Source: a virus
Direction: 5' to 3' (one strand)
DNA length: 64,000 nt
Virus record (IMG/VR): IMGVR_UViG_3300025168_000039
Location: 32,001-96,000 of that record
Numbering within the stretch: position 1 is the stretch's first letter; each line of letters opens with the position of its first letter. Positions 47,965-56,748 of this stretch are shown here, in pieces. Below the pieces are notes generated by a model. That model searched no databases. It was not told the origin of the DNA and saw only the letters and a list, made by a program, of their open reading frames with translations. Made by a program: the position numbers and the translations under genes.

Positions 47965-49510
47965 CTTTCTTTTGTCTACGGGGATTTACATCATCTTCCC
48001 AGCTAGGATCATCTGGATGAGTTAGATGCCATGACTCTTTCATGTAATGCACAGCCATAGCTAAAGCATCTACCTGATCATCATGTCTACCGTTAGGAAA
48101 ACTTAGTAGTTCTTCAATCAGATCATCTGCCCATTTTTTATTCTTCGGTATCCACAAGCGTCCCGCTTCTAACACCGGAGTTGCTGCGTATACTCTAGCT
48201 ACCTTGTCTCTATCTGGTGTGTACTCTAGAATAGGCAAACCACCTCGTCGTAAATCTTGTATCAGTGATTGACCACTAGCTTTCTTTTCCACAATACAAA
48301 TATCAGGTCTATACTCTTCATGTAGATTTTGAGCTATCTTTCGGAGATCAGGATATTCAAATCTTCCTCTGGTATTTCCTAGTAGAATAAGATTACTAGC
48401 AATATACTCTTCTCCTTCGTAGCTTTCTTCGGGCATCTGAAAGATACCCCATGTTTGAATAACGGAGAAGTCAGCACTACTCTTTGTCGAGAAGGCTGTA
48501 TCTAATGTTTGAATAACAAAGTCACAGGTGGGAGGATCATCATATTCCCATCTTTGTATCCATCTCTTTTTTATTATTCCACCTTCTTCTGGTGTAGGAT
48601 TCTGCATATACAATGAATCCCAGTACCTTGACCCATTACTTGCAATGATCTCTTCTTCATCAACTCGTAATACTTCATCAGGTTTCCACTCAGGAAAGTA
48701 AGAACTTCCTACAGGTAAGTCCAGAAGCTTTGATGCTTCTTCATCTATCCATGCAGGAATACGAACTACCTCCCATTTATGAGTGGCTTCCATATCCATT
48801 ACTTCTTGTTGTTTTAATAACCAACCACAAAGATCATCATGGTGGTATCGGGTATTCACAATTACAATAGACCCGTTAGGCATGATACGAGTACGCAAAC
48901 CTGCAGGATACCATTCCTTAATATACCGCCTACCCGCTTCAGAGAAACTATCTTCCTCTGACATAGCATCATCTAGTATTGCTATATGTGCTCCTCGTCC
49001 CGCAATCTGTGATCTAACACCAGCAGCATAGTAGGTTCCATTAAGATTTGTTTTCCATTTACCTGCCGCCCGTACATCCTGCCGTATTTGAACATTAGGA
49101 AATATATTTTGAAACTGATCAGTGTTTACTACATCTCGAACTGATCTACCAAAGTCACTAGCTAACTGATCACTATGAGATATAGACATAATCTCATGTG
49201 TAGGATTATTACCTATATACCATGCTGGGAATATCTTGGAGCATATGACAGACTTGGAAGAGCGAGGAGGAAGAAAGATCATAAGTCTTTTAATCTCTCC
49301 GTCCTTTACTCTCTGAAGTTTATCAGAAAGTAGCTTTATGTGTCTACCCATCTTCCAATCAGACACAAGAGTAGGAGCAACCATACGGACAAAGGACAAA
49401 AAGCTATCCTGTGATTCCTTTAAAACAAGATCATCCATTAATGTACTTAATGTCATCAATGTATTTACAGGATTTTCTTGATCCTTTATGTATTCTTCAT
49501 TAATCTCCAT
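47945..49510 (-). CDS. terL: Terminase large subunit
   Basis: PPRSSKS Walker A, GRGAHIAILDD, YMQNP, DTAFS, VEKKASG, FPNGRHDDQVDA nuclease motif. Confidence 0.95.
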   Translation of the reverse strand: MEINEEYIKDQENPVNTLMTLSTLMDDLVLKESQDSFLSFVRMVAPTLVSDWKMGRHIKLLSDKLQRVKDGEIKRLMIFLPPRSSKSVICSKIFPAWYIGNNPTHEIMSISHSDQLASDFGRSVRDVVNTDQFQNIFPNVQIRQDVRAAGKWKTNLNGTYYAAGVRSQIAGRGAHIAILDDAMSEEDSFSEAGRRYIKEWYPAGLRTRIMPNGSIVIVNTRYHHDDLCGWLLKQQEVMDMEATHKWEVVRIPAWIDEEASKLLDLPVGSSYFPEWKPDEVLRVDEEEIIASNGSRYWDSLYMQNPTPEEGGIIKKRWIQRWEYDDPPTCDFVIQTLDTAFSTKSSADFSVIQTWGIFQMPEESYEGEEYIASNLILLGNTRGRFEYPDLRKIAQNLHEEYRPDICIVEKKASGQSLIQDLRRGGLPILEYTPDRDKVARVYAATPVLEAGRLWIPKNKKWADDLIEELLSFPNGRHDDQVDALAMAVHYMKESWHLTHPDDPSWEDDVNPRRQKKVAYWRV

Positions 49511-49655
49511 AGATACTCTTTAGTATCTCTATAGAGTCTCTATAGAGATAACATAAAACCTTTTAAAAATTATTATTAATAATAAACATTATAACAATTA
49601 TTAATAATAAACGATAATAATAACTAATAACTGTTTGTTCGAATCTCTAGAGATT

Positions 49656-49684
49656 ATTATACAGGAGTATATAGATTCTGTCAA
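49656..49684 (-). promoter_or_regulatory. Consensus sigma70 promoter driving the late operon
   Basis: Minus strand TTGACA-17 bp-TATAAT. Confidence 0.85.
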
Positions 49685-49910
49685 GGCTCCCGCCTAAAAT
49701 AATTAGGTTTAAATCATCATAATTTTATATAGATGAAATGACCCTCTTATTTTTGGTAAGTATATGGGGGGAGGGGTATATATATTATATAGCTGAGTCA
49801 ATTTTTTTGGTGGGGGGTCGTATATTAAATAATCTCTATAGATTATTTAAAGACATGTGACATATCTGCAACACCCCCATGCGAATATGTGACATATACA
49901 TCACATCCAG

Positions 49911-49950
49911 GAAGATTCTTACAGAATCTATGAAGATTCTTACAGAATCT
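49911..49950. repeat. Tandem 21-bp repeat, each unit palindromic
   Basis: GAAGATTCTTACAGAATCT twice. Confidence 0.85.
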
Positions 49951-50143
49951 TTGGAGATAAAAAGAAATATCACCTTGCAAGGTTTTATTTTTTATATTTA
50001 GAGAGATCAAAGTGATCTCTAAAGATAAAAAATAATATTAGATATCAACCGACTAACTACCAAACCCTGACTGTTGCAGTAATGCAACAACTGATGAGAT
50101 TCGAATAAACTTTGATGAAGTTCTTGACAGTCTATGATGAAAC

Positions 50144-50195
50144 TAATTAATAATCTATCTAGTGAGTTCTTACGAACTAGCTAGATGATTAATTA
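50144..50195 (+). promoter_or_regulatory. Bulged hairpin element copy 2
   Basis: TAATTAAT-A-ATCTA-T-CTA-[GTGA]-GTTC-TTAC-GAAC-TAG-C-TAGAT-G-ATTAATTA. Confidence 0.85.
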
Positions 50196-50216
50196 AAACT
50201 TAATTGGAGCAACCTG

Positions 50217-50384
50217 ATGACCAATATTCAATCCCTCAATTTCTATTTCTCCGAGCTAGACATGGAAGTATCTTCCTTCAATGGAGGTTATGACCTCCAC
50301 AATACAATTACCGGAGACCACATCACAACTTGTGATGATCTATGTGAAGCTGAGTATTTTCTATCTGCCATCCGTCAAAACTAA
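50217..50384 (+). CDS. 55-aa early protein (not in ORF track)
   Basis: GGAG RBS; MTNIQSLNFY...; stop TAA is the first triplet of the next hairpin. Confidence 0.6.
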   Translation: MTNIQSLNFYFSELDMEVSSFNGGYDLHNTITGDHITTCDDLCEAEYFLSAIRQN

Positions 50385-50433
50385 TTAATAATCTACTACT
50401 TAGCTTTCTTTGAAAGCAGTAGATGATTAATTA
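50382..50433 (+). promoter_or_regulatory. Bulged hairpin element copy 3
   Basis: TAATTAAT-A-ATCTACT-[ACTTA]-GCTTTC-TTT-GAAAGC-AGTAGAT-G-ATTAATTA. Confidence 0.85.
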
Positions 50434-50445
50434 AATAACTGGAAA

Positions 50446-50625
50446 ATGATTATGAAAATCCAAATGAATATGCGTTCTGACTATGGTCAGTACCGTTACT
50501 ATCCAGCTTGTGACAAATCAAAGCTCTTAACAGAGCTTACAAATCAAAAGACGTTAACACCTGCCAATATGAGAACTATACAGAAACTCGGCATCGAAGT
50601 TGAAATGCTAAGTCACAAACTGTAA
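50446..50625 (+). CDS. 59-aa early protein (not in ORF track)
   Basis: YG...YYP.C..SK.L......KTLT......IQKLG. Confidence 0.65.
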   Translation: MIMKIQMNMRSDYGQYRYYPACDKSKLLTELTNQKTLTPANMRTIQKLGIEVEMLSHKL

Positions 50626-50626
50626 G

Positions 50627-50683
50627 GGTAATTAAATATATTCTGGTAGACTATCTTAGGATACCAGAATATTATTAATTATC
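50627..50683 (+). promoter_or_regulatory. Bulged hairpin element copy 4
   Basis: GGTAATTAA-AT-ATATTCTGG-[TAGAC]-TATC-TTAG-GATA-CCAGAATAT-TA-TTAATTATC. Confidence 0.85.
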
Positions 50684-50716
50684 TTTTAACCAACCGCCAA
50701 CCGATAGGAGATTATC

Positions 50717-50935
50717 ATGGCAAAACGTACCGAGAAGATTACCCAAGCTTTCCGCAAAACCCGTTGGGTTAAGTTGAAAGAAGGCTATGAAGTTTATAAA
50801 CAAGCCGTCGAAGACGGCCTACCAATCCGAGTAGTTCACCCTTCCGGTTCTTTTAAAGTTATAAAGAACACCGAGAACCTTCCGAAGGAAGAAGGTCTTA
50901 GATTTAAAGCTGGGGAAGTCGAGGCGGTAGCCTAA
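50717..50935 (+). CDS. Early hypothetical protein
   Basis: AGGAG RBS; 72 aa. Confidence 0.7.
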   Translation: MAKRTEKITQAFRKTRWVKLKEGYEVYKQAVEDGLPIRVVHPSGSFKVIKNTENLPKEEGLRFKAGEVEAVA

Positions 50936-50940
50936 CCTCG

Positions 50941-50995
50941 GGTAATTAATAATCCCCTAGTAGACTATAAGGATACTAGGGGATGATTAATTATC
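50941..50995 (+). promoter_or_regulatory. Bulged hairpin element copy 5
   Basis: GGTAATTAAT-A-ATCCCCTAG-[TAGAC]-TAT-AAGG-ATA-CTAGGGGAT-G-ATTAATTATC. Confidence 0.85.
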
Positions 50996-51029
50996 TGAGA
51001 CATTAATAACTTGATTAATGGAGATTATT

Positions 51030-51185
51030 ATGACTATTCCAGATGATATGAACGTACCCTTAAATCGTAGAGATTTAAGTAAACCGGAGAATATTCGTTG
51101 GCTAGTTCGTAATCTAGCAGTCAAAAACAGGGAACATCCTAGCTTTAATAAAATAATCAAAGAGTTAATAAATAGGAGTAAATAA
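51030..51185 (+). CDS. 51-aa early protein (not in ORF track)
   Basis: GGAG RBS; MTIPDDMNVP.NRRD....NIRWL.RNL. Confidence 0.6.
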   Translation: MTIPDDMNVPLNRRDLSKPENIRWLVRNLAVKNREHPSFNKIIKELINRSK

Positions 51186-51503
51186 TATTATGACTTTCCC
51201 AATTGTGGTATCGACAATACTATTTATTGTATTCGTGGGAATAGCATATATACTATACAAAGATATTAAAAAACTTTAGGGTTACGCTAGGCATACACTC
51301 AATATCTGAATACTTTTTAAATGGAGTTTAAAAATGAGTTTAGAGAAAGATGCGGAAAAATATGTGAAGGCTTTAAATAGTCCCGCAAATGGTTGGGGAC
51401 AGTACATCATTAATGGTGAGCAGAGCCATGTATTCTTAGGTAAAATGTTTGAACAATATGGACAAGATGAAGTTAATAACTTTCTAGATAAGGATAATTA
51501 AGC

Positions 51504-52205
51504 ATGTCCACACTATCCCCAGACCATAATGCTATTGTTAATAGCACTACTTTGTACCAGAAAAATATACATGAAGTTGATAGTTATCCACATAAAGTTA
51601 TTAAAGCAAGCACCAATAAGAAGCTTGGCCGAAAAGTATTACGAGGTAAACTAAACGGCTATCCAATGTATACATTGACTTTAGTGGAAAGAGAGACTTG
51701 CACTAATGCTTGTGAGCATTGGGCTGATTGCTATGGGAACAATATGCCATTCGGTCATAGATTTAAAACTAAAGGACTAATGCCAAGGCTCAAGTTAGAG
51801 CTTGATGCTTTAGATAAAAAGCATCCCAATGGATACCTTGTTAGGCTGCACATTCTAGGGGACTTTTACAGTGTTCTATATGTAAAGTTTTGGGAAACCC
51901 AGCTACATAATAGACCGGCTTTAAATATCTATGGATATTCCCGTCATCACTATGGCTCTACTAATACCAGCAAACCATCAAGAAATATTGGACAAGCTTT
52001 GCTTGATCTGAGGGATAACATAGGCTTTGAAAGATTTGCTGTACGATTTAGCTCTCTGCCTTCCGATACCTTATCGGCCAATACAGAACACAACTCGACA
52101 GCTAATGCTATTACTTGTCTAGTACAAGTAGATAAGAGTGATAGTTGTGGTGACTGTACACTGTGCTGGACTACTAAAAAACCTATTACTTTTCTTGATC
52201 ACTAA
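51504..52205 (+). CDS. Gp88-like Cys-rich (radical-SAM-related) protein
   Basis: CxxxCxxxxxCY, RLHILGDFYS, C-terminal CGDCTLCW. Confidence 0.7.
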   Translation: MSTLSPDHNAIVNSTTLYQKNIHEVDSYPHKVIKASTNKKLGRKVLRGKLNGYPMYTLTLVERETCTNACEHWADCYGNNMPFGHRFKTKGLMPRLKLELDALDKKHPNGYLVRLHILGDFYSVLYVKFWETQLHNRPALNIYGYSRHHYGSTNTSKPSRNIGQALLDLRDNIGFERFAVRFSSLPSDTLSANTEHNSTANAITCLVQVDKSDSCGDCTLCWTTKKPITFLDH

Positions 52206-52564
52206 TGCTTTAATAAGGAAAAATTATGGTTAAATTAAATCCTGCTTATATTATTACTGTTGTTTCTTGTTAGGAATATAAAACTATGACAAAATATACC
52301 GAATTAGAACTGAGAGAAGTCATGTTCTACATGGATTTTAAAACAGTTTTAGAGGCTAGGGAATATATGGAAAACAATGACGCTGAATTATCCATTCAAA
52401 ACGAAACGGAATTTCGCCCCGGTAACATGTAACCACATACTTTTAAAGGGAATATAAAACTATGATAAATGTAATTATAAAAGCTACACTTTTAACTTTT
52501 CTTTTAGGAGCAGGTATATTATATTTCGATATGATCTTTAGCACTTCGAATACCCTGTTAACCA

Positions 52565-52616
52565 ATATTAATTATTCTAAGTAGAGTTATCTTACGATAC
52601 TTAGAATGATTAATAT
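52565..52616 (+). promoter_or_regulatory. Bulged hairpin element copy 6
   Basis: ATATTAAT-T-ATTCTAAG-[TAGAGT]-TATC-TTAC-GATA-CTTAGAAT-G-ATTAATAT. Confidence 0.8.
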
Positions 52617-52647
52617 AAAGTATCTCAACCACATTGGAGTGAATACA

Positions 52648-52845
52648 ATGTCTTTAACTACCATAATGCAACATGATGTTAAGTCTATTAATACAACGCA
52701 AAGAAATCATCAGGATTTTACAACAGTCTCTGTCCGTTTTGTAACGGAGGAAGGTGACGGCGGAGAAATTACTTTCTTTATAGATAATAAAGAAAATTTA
52801 GATAATATAGACCTAGCTCCTTCCGAGATTATAGTAGTAGACTAA
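52648..52845 (+). CDS. Early hypothetical protein
   Basis: GGAG RBS before ATG 52648. Confidence 0.6.
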   Translation: MSLTTIMQHDVKSINTTQRNHQDFTTVSVRFVTEEGDGGEITFFIDNKENLDNIDLAPSEIIVVD

Positions 52846-53027
52846 TGTCTATTTCAGTCTACGACTTTGTATTAATTAGAAAAGATGTCAGACAAAAACA
52901 AGGTCGCTGGACTATGGAAGATGACATCCGAATGGATATGCTAGAAGCTGGCTACAATCCGGCCAGCCGTCTAGACATAGAAGAATACTGGAAAGAAATA
53001 TTTGGAGAAGATGAAAATGAAATATAA
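52845..53027 (+). CDS. Hypothetical protein
   Basis: Translationally coupled 60-aa ORF. Confidence 0.6.
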   Translation: MSISVYDFVLIRKDVRQKQGRWTMEDDIRMDMLEAGYNPASRLDIEEYWKEIFGEDENEI

Positions 53028-53265
53028 AATATTAATTATACTATGCGCTGCTTTTCTTGGAGGATGTGCCGCTCCGCCTATAGTTCTATTATCGGCTGGT
53101 GCTACCGCTGGAGTAAAAGGGGTGGTAGACGATATCGAACAAGATGTTAAAATTAAAAAGTTACAAAACAGAGCAGAACACCTTGAGAAAGCTATGAAAT
53201 TTTACTTAACTACAATGGCATCAGAAAGAGATGAAAACCTATGTTATCTCTTAGATGCAGAATAA
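53017..53265 (+). CDS. Putative lipoprotein
   Basis: Signal peptide with lipobox LGGC. Confidence 0.6.
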   Translation: MKYKILIILCAAFLGGCAAPPIVLLSAGATAGVKGVVDDIEQDVKIKKLQNRAEHLEKAMKFYLTTMASERDENLCYLLDAE

Positions 53266-53288
53266 ATAACTTAAACTAGGAGACTAAA

Positions 53289-54251
53289 ATGTTTGATACC
53301 AATAGATTTTCTACATCATCTTTCGCCGCTTCACTTGCTCAAAAAGGGTATAATATGTTAGATCACCTCACCACCACTAATAATCGATCTATCTTTTTTA
53401 AAGTAAATGAGCAACAAGTTTCTGGACATTCTACAGGAACTGTAGCAGAGAAGTACAAGATGCTTTCCCGTGGCACCCCACCCTTGCAACCAGAAGAATG
53501 TTTATCGATAGTTAACAAAAACTATCGTGTGGTAGAAAATGAAGAGATTATTATGCCAATGCAAGAGCAGATGGTTAATCACTTTGATCCCTCTGTTTTA
53601 GCAGACATTCAAATAAAAGATCACATTGCTAAAAATGGTTCTGTATGCTTTGCGGAATACATTTTACCTAAAATGAAAGGTACTGTTGAAACAAAAACAG
53701 GACATAAAACAGAGGTTGGACTTAGATTTATTCTAAAAAATACCTTTGATGGATCGTCAAGTGTTGTGTTCTATGGTGGTGTTATTGACTTCTTCTGCAC
53801 CAATGGTATGATCAGTGGTGAATATGATGTAACAAAGAAACGTCATACTAAAAACTTTAGTGTCGATGGCTTCCTTAGTGCATTTGATAGTGCTATTGCC
53901 CGTCATGGTTGGATGGTTGATAAGTATCAGAAGTGGGCTGACCAAGGGATAAATAATACTATGAAAGTCCAAGAGTTATTTCGTACTCTAACGAGTGGTA
54001 GTACCGACGAACCTAAAAAGAAAAATACTTTATCTGATAGATTGTTTGCTCAATATATAGATGAGACACATGAACGAGGCAGCAATGTATTCTCTTTAGT
54101 ATCTGCTATGACCCACTATGGTAGTCATGGGGATGGTAGGTTTAACTTGCGTAAAAACTCTGGACCTGATACACTGTTTAAGCGTCAACAAAGTGTCAGT
54201 AAATGGATAAACTCTGAGGCTTTTGAAAACTTTCTTGAGGTAGCTGCATGA
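53289..54251 (+). CDS. DUF932-family protein
   Basis: Y.VVEN.E, LKNTFDGSSS, FCTNGMI, RHT motifs. Confidence 0.8.
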   Translation: MFDTNRFSTSSFAASLAQKGYNMLDHLTTTNNRSIFFKVNEQQVSGHSTGTVAEKYKMLSRGTPPLQPEECLSIVNKNYRVVENEEIIMPMQEQMVNHFDPSVLADIQIKDHIAKNGSVCFAEYILPKMKGTVETKTGHKTEVGLRFILKNTFDGSSSVVFYGGVIDFFCTNGMISGEYDVTKKRHTKNFSVDGFLSAFDSAIARHGWMVDKYQKWADQGINNTMKVQELFRTLTSGSTDEPKKKNTLSDRLFAQYIDETHERGSNVFSLVSAMTHYGSHGDGRFNLRKNSGPDTLFKRQQSVSKWINSEAFENFLEVAA

Positions 54252-54466
54252 AAAGAAAAACTAAAACGATTTTTCAATTAACATTTATAACTGTTGCTAT
54301 AATTTTAGCTGCAGTTGCATGTGGTAAAGAGGAGAGTGGGGTTATCCCACCTCCTTTACCTCCCTCTTTCTATAATAAACCTGATAAGGTTGTACCACCT
54401 GTACCACCTGTACCACCTGTAGTACCTGTAGAACGTACTGTATTTTGTTGTCAAATGGGTTTATGA
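54248..54466 (+). CDS. Putative Pro-rich lipoprotein
   Basis: VACG lipobox-like site; VPP repeats. Confidence 0.5.
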   Translation: MKRKTKTIFQLTFITVAIILAAVACGKEESGVIPPPLPPSFYNKPDKVVPPVPPVPPVVPVERTVFCCQMGL

Positions 54467-54720
54467 TTATGGATAAAGTAACTCCAACCCACACTAAAGA
54501 TTGGTATATCAAATGGTTAGCTAGTATTATACTGATCTTTGGTATGATTCTTAGTAGTAACAATATATATCCTGAGAATATTATTGCTCAAGCAACAGGA
54601 GCATTCGGCTGGCTAGTTGTCGGCCTACTATGGCACGATAGAGCAATAATAATTATTAATGCAATAGCATTTGCCATACTGTTTAGTGGTATAGTACAGT
54701 ATTACATGAGGAGTGGGTAA
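54463..54720 (+). CDS. Small 3-TM membrane protein
   Basis: WYIKWLAS...YP.NI...GW..VG..W.DRA. Confidence 0.65.
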   Translation: MIMDKVTPTHTKDWYIKWLASIILIFGMILSSNNIYPENIIAQATGAFGWLVVGLLWHDRAIIIINAIAFAILFSGIVQYYMRSG

Positions 54721-54939
54721 ATGGACGTTATAACACACACCCTACTAGCTGTTATGGCTATGGGAGCATGCTATTGGTGGGGGCGATACCTTTCCAAGAA
54801 TGAAATTTTTGAGGGCGTAGTTGGAACCATGTTGGATCGACTCGAAAAAGATGGGTTTATTCGCACTGCAGAGGGTGAAGACGGTGATATGGAACTGGTT
54901 CCTATCTCTGAAATAATTAAAGACGGTGACTCGGTTTAA
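54721..54939 (+). CDS. Hypothetical membrane-anchored protein
   Basis: N-terminal TM segment. Confidence 0.6.
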   Translation: MDVITHTLLAVMAMGACYWWGRYLSKNEIFEGVVGTMLDRLEKDGFIRTAEGEDGDMELVPISEIIKDGDSV

Positions 54940-55185
54940 ATGGCTCAATTTAAGGCGGTTTTGGTCGAATGGGTTGATATTGTGACTCGCTCGGCAGCAT
55001 GGGAAAGTCCTGCAAACTGCAAGACGGCGGCGATTACGTCTATTGGCTGGCTATGCTTCGAAAGCAAAACTCACATTGTCATAAGTCAAGGCTACGAGGC
55101 ATCAGACCCTGATGGGGATGTACTATCGCCAGTATCGATCCCAAGGGGCTGCATAACATCCATTAAGACATTAAAAATTAAATAG
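54940..55185 (+). CDS. Conserved phage hypothetical protein
   Basis: VEW.D...SIGWL...IPRGCI. Confidence 0.65.
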   Translation: MAQFKAVLVEWVDIVTRSAAWESPANCKTAAITSIGWLCFESKTHIVISQGYEASDPDGDVLSPVSIPRGCITSIKTLKIK

Positions 55186-55226
55186 CTTTATTGTATCCCT
55201 TGATAACAAATGAGAGGAAATGTAAA

Positions 55227-55418
55227 ATGACAATAAACAAATATAGTTTTACAAATCATTCAGAAATACCAGGACATATACAAATCTATCTTCTGGATGT
55301 TGCAAATGCGGTGAGTATTGAGGAACTTGTAATAGATGATATTAATGATTTTATGAATGGTCTAGATACTTGGGAAACAGAACAAATTTTTCAAGAAAGT
55401 TCAAAGCATATTCATTAG
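55227..55418 (+). CDS. Hypothetical protein
   Basis: GAGG RBS; likely start MTINK. Confidence 0.5.
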   Translation: MTINKYSFTNHSEIPGHIQIYLLDVANAVSIEELVIDDINDFMNGLDTWETEQIFQESSKHIH

Positions 55419-55441
55419 TTGTTATGAAAGAGAATTGTTAG

Positions 55442-55618
55442 ATGAGTAAGATAAAAAATTATATGATGGATATTCAAGAGTTCTGTGATGGATACTACTA
55501 TGATGGTATGAATGATTTTCCCATTGATGAGGTAGTTGAAGATGCTGGTATATATTTTAAGAGCAACGAAGCAAAAAAGTATGCCCGACAATATTTAACA
55601 ACACAGTTAGGAAAGTAA
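55442..55618 (+). CDS. 58-aa hypothetical protein (not in ORF track)
   Basis: MSKIKNYMMDIQEF... Confidence 0.55.
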   Translation: MSKIKNYMMDIQEFCDGYYYDGMNDFPIDEVVEDAGIYFKSNEAKKYARQYLTTQLGK

Positions 55619-55646
55619 ACCTTCTAGTGTATGGAATGAAAGTTAA

Positions 55647-56207
55647 ATGAAAACATACAAAGTCTATGATAGTGCTATAGAAAAAGAACATTGTAATAAT
55701 ATAATTAAGTTTATAAAAGATTTAGATTTAAATAACTCAAAAATAAACGAGGGTGAGGGTGATGTTGTTAACGAAGAAAAGCGGCAATCCCAAACTGCTT
55801 TTTTAAATTCAAAAGAATTTGTAGATATTTTTAGTTTGTATACTGGCTTTGCTAAAGAAGAATGTATGTGGAATTATAATATAACTAATTATGATACACC
55901 TCAAGTAAGTATATATTCTAAGAATGATAAGTACACTTGGCACCATGACATGCTTCCTGATAGTGATGGACTTGTACGCAAGTTGAGTGTATGTATAACC
56001 TTAAATGATAATTTTAAGGGAGGAGACTTTCAGATACAGAAATTTGTTTCTCCAGTTGAGAAGAAAAGATTTACTACAGTAAAAGAGATGCGAAATGCAG
56101 GGAGCATTATTGTGTTTCCTTCTTTTATGTGGCATCAAATAACTCCAGTTAAGTACGGCGACAGATATTCTATTGTCTGTTGGTACAAAGGACCACAATT
56201 TATGTGA
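55647..56207 (+). CDS. 2OG-Fe(II) oxygenase (prolyl-4-hydroxylase-like)
   Basis: Y.WHHD, RKLS, F.GGDF, VFPSF..H..TPV..G.RYSIV.W. Confidence 0.9.
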   Translation: MKTYKVYDSAIEKEHCNNIIKFIKDLDLNNSKINEGEGDVVNEEKRQSQTAFLNSKEFVDIFSLYTGFAKEECMWNYNITNYDTPQVSIYSKNDKYTWHHDMLPDSDGLVRKLSVCITLNDNFKGGDFQIQKFVSPVEKKRFTTVKEMRNAGSIIVFPSFMWHQITPVKYGDRYSIVCWYKGPQFM

Positions 56208-56571
56208 GGGATTATGTTACAGTCATTAAAAAATATTACTAAGGATATTAAATTAAAAGAAAAAGAGTTAAGTGGACGACCTGTTGGGATATTCTTATCA
56301 TCAGCAAAGAGTTCGGAGCTATTTAACGAACTAAATAAAATAGATGAGCGGTTAGAACAGGACTTAATCTATTATAGAAAAACAATTATAGATATATTAG
56401 ATGATGTTAATTCTATTAAGTTTTTAAATTTAAATCAGGAACGGTCCTTACATAAAGTAGCAACACAATTAAATGTTTTGTTTGACGAAATAACTGCATC
56501 GCAGGATTCATAAAATGGATGACTTAGATATTTTAAAAAGAAATGTACTTGAGTTGAATACACAATTATTT
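56081..56571 (+). repeat. Right copy of 491-bp direct repeat
   Basis: Matches 1357-1847 with one mismatch. Confidence 0.97.
56214..56513 (+). CDS. Duplicate of 1490-1789 (N>H change)
   Basis: Lies within the repeat. Confidence 0.7.
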   Translation: MLQSLKNITKDIKLKEKELSGRPVGIFLSSAKSSELFNELNKIDERLEQDLIYYRKTIIDILDDVNSIKFLNLNQERSLHKVATQLNVLFDEITASQDS

Positions 56572-56748
56572 GGTGAACGTAACCCAACGATTACAGTCAA
56601 GACATACAAGACTAACACCTACGCCCATGAAGTTGAGATACTCGGACCAAGCAAAGTTATTTACTCGCCAGATAAACCATTATCGTGTGGTGCTAGGTTG
56701 TGGATTGAAACACATAGCGAGGTTGTGGCTGACGGACAGTCAGTTTAA
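56572..56748 (+). pseudogene. C-terminal half of the split outer-phage gene (in-frame chimera with the inner ORF starting at 56515)
   Basis: GERNPTITVKTYKTNTYAHEVEILGPSKVIYSPDKPLSCGARLWIET. Confidence 0.8.

Larger units (their letters stand above)
1357..56571. mobile_element. Complete, terminally redundant podovirus-like genome nested in a second phage
   Basis: 491-bp direct repeat at both ends; full replication, packaging and virion gene set between them. Confidence 0.88.

Noticed and set aside
50144-51185. CRISPR array or classical integron
   Set aside because: The repeats conserve structure rather than sequence, the spacers are whole ORFs of 190-260 bp, and there is no RYYYAAC/GTTRRRY core, cas gene or integron integrase.
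52273-52465. 17-bp direct repeat GGAATATAAAACTATGA
   Set aside because: Most simply duplicated translation-initiation regions of tiny early ORFs; no evidence of mobility.
56515-56748. 77-aa ORF as a genuine gene
   Set aside because: It is a junction chimera: 19 aa from the inner 1791-type ORF plus the C-terminal half of the outer gene.
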